Positions 56,977-64,000 of a stretch of 64,000 nucleotides of DNA are shown here, one piece after another. The stretch's first letter is position 1. Every line of letters starts with the position of its first letter. Source of the DNA: Ptychomitrium polyphyllum (taxonomy: Eukaryota); assembly GCA_973851085.1 (NCBI GenBank), contig OZ316776.1:1116001-1180000 (forward strand), in the 5' to 3' direction. Made by a program: the position numbers and the translations under genes. The notes below the pieces were generated by a model. It worked only from the letters and a program-made list of their open reading frames with translations. It ran no database searches and was not told where the DNA came from.

Positions 56977-58720
56977 TTACGCGATTTGTAACGAGGAGAA
57001 TTTCCCGTCAGCGAGCAGGCCTGTCTGCTCGTTGGCGATGGTGACGATAGAGGATAACTCGAGCTTGACCCTCGCGAGCTCGTCATCGTCGAGGATTGGC
57101 ACCACTTTGTGGTTGCTCACGAGCTTGCCCATCTCGCTTGCGGCGGGGTCCAGCCCGGTGAGTTCGTTGGCTCGGGAGCACTCGGTGACCCAGTTGATAC
57201 GCAGAGTGACAAAGAGGATACAGCAAGCGCAGCAGATCTGCGCTGCAAGGAGACCGTACCATAGGCCTTGGAATCCAACTTTGAGACAGAAGGCCGAGAT
57301 CACAGCAACGGGGGTGCCGACCAAGTAGAAGGACACGAGCATGATCACAGCAGTGACGGTAGGGCGGGCGCTGCCTCTGAGGATTCCGCACCCTGCCGTT
57401 TGGGGGCAGTTGCCGAGCTCGCAAAGGCCAATTAAGGGTAGCGCGGCGGCAGTAAGCGCGAGCACGCTAGCGTCGGAAGTGTACAGAGTACCCCACTCGT
57501 TGCGGAAAACGGTTGTCCAGACGACGCTCACAATTGCCACCACGAATGCGCTCGCGAGCGAGACGAGACTTGCGTTCCGTGCTCTGTCAGGGCGGTTGGC
57601 GCCGAGCTCGTTGCCAACGCGGGTGGAGACGGACGACCCAAGCGACATGGGGATGGTGTACATGAGGGCGGTGGTTTGAATCAGAATCGCGGTGGCCGCG
57701 ACCGCCACTTGGGGATTCGGGAGGTAGCCCGCCAAGATGGTCATGATCTCGTACCACCACCACTCCAAGCAAATCTGCAAGCAGCTCGGGAGCGCCAAGC
57801 GCAGCACGGGCCACCACTCGCGCAAACACGACGCCGAGACGCCGCCCCATGTGTTCTTGAACGCGCCTGAGAGTTTCACCCACAAAAGCATGAACACGAC
57901 CACATTGATGTTCGTCATTGCCGCGGCGATGGCCACCCCAGGCACGCCGAGGCGGAAGACGAACACGAACACAATGCTGAGCGGGATGTGGAGCAGCACC
58001 CCGAGCGCTGAGCAGTACATCATCGGGGTCTGGTGTCCCTGGCACCGAAAAAAATTCCGCAGCGGCTGCAGCAAGCTATTCGCAACGAGATCCGGCAACG
58101 AGTACCAGCAGTACACGCTCGCCACGGACGTAATCCCCGCGTCCTGACCCAGGAACAGCATGATGGGCTCCAGGTTCGTCCACAACAGTCCGATGGGGAT
58201 GCACGCCGCAAGCAGAATGAGCACCGTGCGCTGCAGCGTCAGTCCCACGACGTGCCAGTTCTTCGACCCCACCGCTTGGCTGCATATCGGGTCCATCCCC
58301 GACGCCAATCCATAGAGAACTGAGTAGCCCGTGATGTTGGTGAAGCCGATCGACAGCGCGCCGCCCGCGAGCTCCAGCCCTCCCAGTCGGCCCAGGCACA
58401 AGACCGACACCATGAGCCGCGCATACGCGATCCCGTTCGCCATCGCTAACGGGCCGGCAATTCGCATCGACTCCTTGAACTCCTCCACTACCTACAAACC
58501 CCACAACGAGTTCGGTCATCACAGAATCGCTACGAAGGGAGAGCTTGAATGATAGCGCGAAAACGAACCATTTTGGGTGAAATCGACTGAGTTACGGGAT
58601 GCAGATGGTTACCTGTTGCGGGGAAGGCCAGGAATGGAGAGGCCACTCGCGCAGGTCGACATCCGACTCATCGTCCAAAATGGACACAGGCAGCGCCTGC
58701 ATCGTGTTGGCCACACACAT
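56977..58720 (-). CDS. DTX: MATE/DETOXIFICATION efflux transporter (DTX48-56-like clade)
   Basis: Exon 1 58720-58613 (MCVANT...WPSPQQ), GT-AG intron 58612-58492, exon 2 58491-56977. Motifs LGRLGGLELAGGALSIGFTNITGYSVL.GLA.GMDPICSQA, CLEWWWYEIM, STRVGNELGANRP, LCELGNCPQT.GCG.LRGSARP and GFQGLWYGLLAAQ. The Met-Cys start is typical of this clade. Confidence 0.96.
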
Positions 58721-59571
58721 GATGGGCGCGCGCTCTCGCTCTCACGCAGTTCTGTGAAGCGGCTTCAGAGATAGGAATTCAAGAAGCTCTTTCTCGTGCT
58801 CAATCGCAATTAATCCGCGGCTGCAGCCACCACGTGAATGTGCTTTCAATTGATTGCGGTCGCTCGCTCACACGACGAAGACGCTACTAGTATTGTAAGG
58901 CAACTGGCAATTTAAACAGACTACCGGCGGTGGGAGCACTCTGGTGCACCCTCCAGTGCTGCACGAAGATGGACGCAGAGCAACACTCATAGTGAACAGA
59001 AAAAGAGTAACCACGCAACACCTCAACCTTCTCCCAAAGCGAGAATTCCAACCAAAAAAACTCCACCTTCCCCGTACAGAAAGATCACTCACTCCTCAAC
59101 TACTCAACACCACATGAAAACTAAAACCTTGACCCAGAGCCTCTACAAACATCACAAAATGATCATACGCGTAAGAGCTAACAGAACTGAGAGCACAGAA
59201 CGTAGGATTGTGATTGGTTTAAAGTGGACTGAGAGTGGAGTGAACTCGAACAATAGCAGAATGCAACTACTGATGACGAAGTGAGAGTTTGCAAGTAGTT
59301 GGGATGTAGTTGCTACAGAGGCAGCAGCGCCGCCACAAGCGGACCACCGGGAGTTTGTAGCACGATGGCGCTCGGGGCCCCACTGCAAGGTCGATCCTTG
59401 CAGCAGCTTCTGTCTGTTGTCCGCAAAGTTACCAATACCCTATCATTACCCGAAACCAGAGCTTGGAGTGGCGATGGACAAGGAATAGCTCATCGAAATG
59501 AATAGCACTAACTGCCTGTTGGCTCATGTAAAGTTGACTCCGCTTTTCTGAGATTCAGGAAAGCCGCCACT

Positions 59572-59585
59572 GGGTATAAATACCC
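59572..59585 (-). promoter_or_regulatory. Candidate TATA box for the MATE gene, inside a near-palindrome
   Basis: gggtataaataccc reads TATTTATA on minus and TATAAA on plus. It lies upstream of a pyrimidine-rich leader containing a putative intron (59168-58959). Confidence 0.4.
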
Positions 59586-62165
59586 GCTTCGCCCGTGAGT
59601 CCCATTCATGGCCGGATGGTGGATCAATGCATCACGGATCATGTGACATGAATTCACCCTTCGCAGGAATGCGGTGGGTGCACTACGCCTCAGAATCTGG
59701 GAGGAAGGATTCTATGAGCTCTCTGCAGCTGGGTAGTGGGTACTTGGGGTCGGCCTAGTGCCAAGGTGGGTAAGATTAAGTGGTAATTATGGTGGGTAGA
59801 GATTAATCTAATGGTGGTGAGTTGGTGGCCGTGCTGTGTACGTGGATGGTATGGGCAGATGTACAAGGGCCAAGTCGGAGGCTCAGTGTCACAGCCTAGA
59901 AAGCTTTGAGTGTTGAGAGTGAGTTGAAGTTTCTTGTGAGGTCGTTCTGCATGTGAGTGTATAGGGTGGAGGCTACTGGGGAGGTATTTTGAGGGCTAGG
60001 ATGGTTTTTTTTCTAAACGTGTAGTAGAAGTAGAACCTAGTACCTGCTAGGTTGTGCAGTTCTACTTTGAACATTCATCCCCATGGAGGCGTAAGCTGAA
60101 TTTTAGTGCCTTGGTGGATTGGAATTTATAGTGTTCCTATCTGTGGTATTGCATGCCATGTCATGACTTGGTGTGTTTGGATGGGCTCTATTGGTGAAGC
60201 GTGATGGGCTCAATGACTCCAAAAAGAAGAAAAAGAACTCTGGTCCCATAGAAGGGATTAGCGCAAAAGTATGTTTTCTTACATGGTAATGAAAGAAAAC
60301 ATACTTGCATCATCATATATTTGTGTACCATGTTTTATATAAAACATGATTGCAAGAGTAGCACCTTCCATGAGGAAGTATACATTGTGTTATTCAATAA
60401 TTCATGTAAATTTTTATTATTTGCATATATATGATAGTAATTGCTAGCCATGAGTTATGTCGTTCGTTGGATATGAATGTATTTCTTATATATTTGATTA
60501 TGCTTCATATTTCATTGGGCTTATTCTAATACTTGGTATTGATCTACTAATGAGAAATCTATAGGAGGAAAGTTGTACCAACCACTAGGCCAATTCATGT
60601 TTCTAATTTCATACATTGATATTAATAAATTAATTATGGTAACAATTAATAAATAATGGATTTATTACTACATAATATTTCAATGTATTTGTTTAGATGA
60701 AATACTACAATTTTGATAGTAGCCAATTGTTTTTTATTCTACCTATGTATAATAGAAAATGTATGGAGTGACAAAATGGCTATAATATTAATTTATTTGT
60801 GTTTTTATATTTGTAAGGAACATTTCAAAGCTTGTTTGTAGGAATTTTAAAGGAAACATCTATGCTACCTCTTGCATTTACAATAATGATTCTATTGGAA
60901 GAAACTTTCTAATTTAGTATGCATATATAACTTAACAATTGAAGATATTTTTTGGGCCTAGCTTTTATTTTCTTTATAAAAAATCTATTATTGCAATTTG
61001 TAAATTTGTATATGTTTTTAAGGTAATAATTAATGTAGTGGTTTTTAATTACAAAATAATTAGTTTAAAACAAGCATTATAAGGGGCAACTTTGTGTTCC
61101 ATATATGCATAGATATAATTAAAATGGAATAGTAATTTATAAAGGAAAATCTTTTTAAGCCAAAGATAAAAATATTTTATATTCTTTTGATGATATTAAA
61201 GGTTTTTTATCTTCCATATTACTTTCTTATGTCTTATTGGATTTACATGCTTGAATGTATTTTTACTTATATTTTAGCTTGAACATGTATAAATTTTAGG
61301 TCTTGGAAATTATAAATACAATACATTATGGAAGGATATGTTTTATTGCCAAATAGTAATTGTTTCCTTGCATTGTCCACTTATTGTTATTATCAAAAAA
61401 AATGTAAGCATGTTTTTTGTAAATGTGTGATGATAAAATGATTCCAAAAAGTTGCAAAGGTGTTTTATTTATTATTGCATTGTTGATCCATTTTTCAACA
61501 TTTAGAAAATCTAATGCCTATACTTCTAAATTTTTTAATTTGTTGAGCTTTGTAAAGTAGGTTCATATATGTCTTCAATAAGCATCTTTATAAATTCATT
61601 TACTTATAATATAAGAAAGTTGAGCACTTGGTTTTGTAAAAAAAATGATAGTACATCAAAATCTCATGTACAAAAAAATCTCTGTACAATGAGAGCCTTA
61701 GATTTTGTATGATACAGGGATTGAGGCTATAAAAATAATCATAATGGTATCAAATCACTTGGTACAAAAATTCAATACAACCAATCTTGTCATAGACACC
61801 TAGGTACTGAATTATGAGTTGAATGTGATAGTGATCATGGACTAATTACATCACAAGTAACACTAGGTTTGATTGTAAATTGACAATGAGTTCTAGCCTT
61901 GGTCTTCTCAAAAAATTTAGGCTACATTAGATGTCCATATTTCTCTCTCTCCATTTAGTAGATCTGTGAACTAATGCTCGATTCTATTAAATTAAATGCC
62001 ATGTCATTGTACTATTATTGCCATGTTGGTTTCAAATTTCAAAGCACAATCCAAAACTCAAAGGATGATCCAAATCCTTCTTATCATTTCTTTACCTTCT
62101 CTCATGTAACAACCAATTGCAACAAGGATTTACTTGTGTGAACCAGTGGGGAGACGTCTATTTCT

Positions 62166-62262
62166 AAGGATTACCTTTCTGTGAAAGGATTACCTTTCTG
62201 TGTAAGGATTTACCTTTCTGTGAAAGGATTACCTTTCTGTGTAAGGATTTACCTTTCTGTGT
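62166..62262. repeat. 19/20-bp minisatellite, 5 copies
   Basis: aaggat(t)tacctttctgtg(a/t) x5, with a 39-bp higher-order period. Confidence 0.95.
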
Positions 62263-63254
62263 AGTAAGCCGCCAATACGGCGTAGTAACCTGACTGATAC
62301 TCATAAGGTAATCCTGATTAGCCATGGCAACAGTCTTCATAATAGCTAACTAATTGATACTTGGAACAGACCTCTAGAGCTGCGCCGCAGGCCCAGGCTG
62401 GAGTCTTGTCTGGTCTGGAATTTGATCATTCCTCAATCACCAATGTAAGGATACTATAATTCTGGGCATATTCCAAATTTGTTGAACTGCCACATTTGGA
62501 GGAGAAACACCTACCAAATACACACCCGGCTAACTTTTCCTTTTTAATTGTTTAAAGTGAATCTTAATTTGCAGCCGTGCTACTTAGCACTTATGACGCA
62601 TATAATGTCACACTGAAATAACTGCAAACGCAGGGTGACATTGTTTCATTTTATTACGAGGTGGCACAAAAGAAACGCTAATTTCAGATACTTATGTCAT
62701 ACAAACTTGTCGTCCCTTAATTCTGTTACTTGTTTAATGTGATCAATATCCTCAAGGTTGTGAGAATTTCACATCTTTTCTTCCTAATTTTTACATGGAA
62801 TCAATCCACCTCTAAAGTTTCTTGACAGTATGTTGAAATTAAAAGAAAATATTCAAATGCTACTTTGTAGAAAAAATTGATTTTTTTTTTTTGTTTTTGC
62901 TTATTTAAAAAAATATTTGTTTAAGTTTTTTTTTCCAACTAAAATGAGAGCCTCTTACTGAGAGAAAAGAATGAACGAGCATAATTTGATTTTTGCTAAA
63001 CAAAATATAAGTTAAAGCATATTCCAATCTTTGTAGATGAAAAGCATATTTGGAAGTATATTTAGAAAATTCAAACAAGGCTTTTGCATCTGTACGCAAT
63101 CTTATAAGCAGAAGCTTTTAGAACTTTTATTCTAGATTTTTGGAAAATATAATAATATTTCTAAAATATTTCTAAAAAAAAACCAAAATAAATATAAACA
63201 AATTATTTGGATGATTTTAGATTTTGAATTCTCTTTGAAACTTCTAATTTTTGT

Positions 63255-63307
63255 TGTTGTCATAACCTTCTTATTCCCACTATGTTGTTATAACCTTCTT
63301 ATTCCCA
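63255..63307. repeat. 28-bp-period tandem duplication
   Basis: tgttgt(c/t)ataaccttcttattccca x2. Confidence 0.88.
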
Positions 63308-64000
63308 TATCCATTAAAAATATGAACCATAATTTTCCATATTTGGTAGATAATGTTATGTATTTCAACAATTTTGTTATCTAAACAAAGGGCCATTTGC
63401 ACCTTTAGGTTATAACTTATATTTTACTAGATAGAAATGGACCTTTGCTTTTAATTTATTAATTTTTGTGATTAAGATTCTTTTGTAAGAATGTGCGCAA
63501 ATAATTTGTCAAAATTTAAATTGTTTTAGTTTTACATATGAAGTACTTAAAGTTTTATCATGATATTGTCATAAATACAATACATATTTTACCACATAAT
63601 CTAATTTTAAAATTCTCCTTTATAATCAAGAATGTTAGTCATACAGAGATATTTCTAAAAGATCATAAGCTGGAATTGGTTTGTCATTGAATTATTAATT
63701 ATTAATGAACATGCTTCCAATTAATACTCTATTTGTGTAGATTAAAAAAAATGATGTTTTTCTCTAGTTCAAAAATGTAAATATTTTTTTTAAATGAACA
63801 AGAATCCAACCTATATCACATCTTTTAATCCATTCTTTAATCATGTGACCTTATACCAATTACACATGATCGCATATTCCATTTATAAATAATATTAACA
63901 AAATTTAGCTCTTAATGAAAAAATAAATAATCCTATTAATACTTTTGATCATATTGAAGGATAATTTAGCTGAAGAATGTTACATATAATAATATTAGAT

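Noticed and set aside
57083..58552. Multiple overlapping ORFs inside the MATE gene (also 52003-52638 opposite PLAC8)
   Set aside because: By-products of GC-rich codon usage in real CDSs.
62166..62262. CRISPR-like palindromic repeats
   Set aside because: No unique spacers, no cas genes, eukaryotic context.
62523..62580. Words resembling SSU rRNA (ccggctaact ... gcagccg)
   Set aside because: Wrong spacing and no extended similarity.

Overview
Eukaryotic land-plant genomic DNA. It looks moss-like (Physcomitrium/Funariaceae type), which is an inference from intron-rich GT-AG genes, gene families and very AT-rich spacers, not a database match. I could assemble ten spliced or intron-poor genes by hand: an NPG1/TTC7-type TPR protein (5' end outside the window), a patatin, a TROL/STR4-type thylakoid rhodanese-like protein, a zeta-toxin-domain NADKc-type kinase, an F-box/LRR protein, an S28 serine carboxypeptidase, an intronless glutathione synthetase, an alanine aminotransferase, a PLAC8 protein and a MATE transporter. 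There is also an unrecognised Cys-rich ORF and a possible heavily decayed TIR-NB-LRR relic. The most notable unexplained structures are: (1) a 25-bp miRNA-like hairpin (49818-49907) inside the apparent leader intron of the orphan Cys-rich gene; (2) a TROL-like protein whose Pro-rich/FNR-binding tail is replaced by amphipathic 11-mer repeats; (3) intronless GSH2 with a candidate splice switch between plastid and cytosolic isoforms; (4) a GC-AG intron; (5) a PLAC8 3'UTR intron; (6) a G-rich leader repeat and a palindromic minisatellite. No rRNA, tRNA, CRISPR array or intact transposon could be supported. All exon coordinates are manual predictions and no searches were run.
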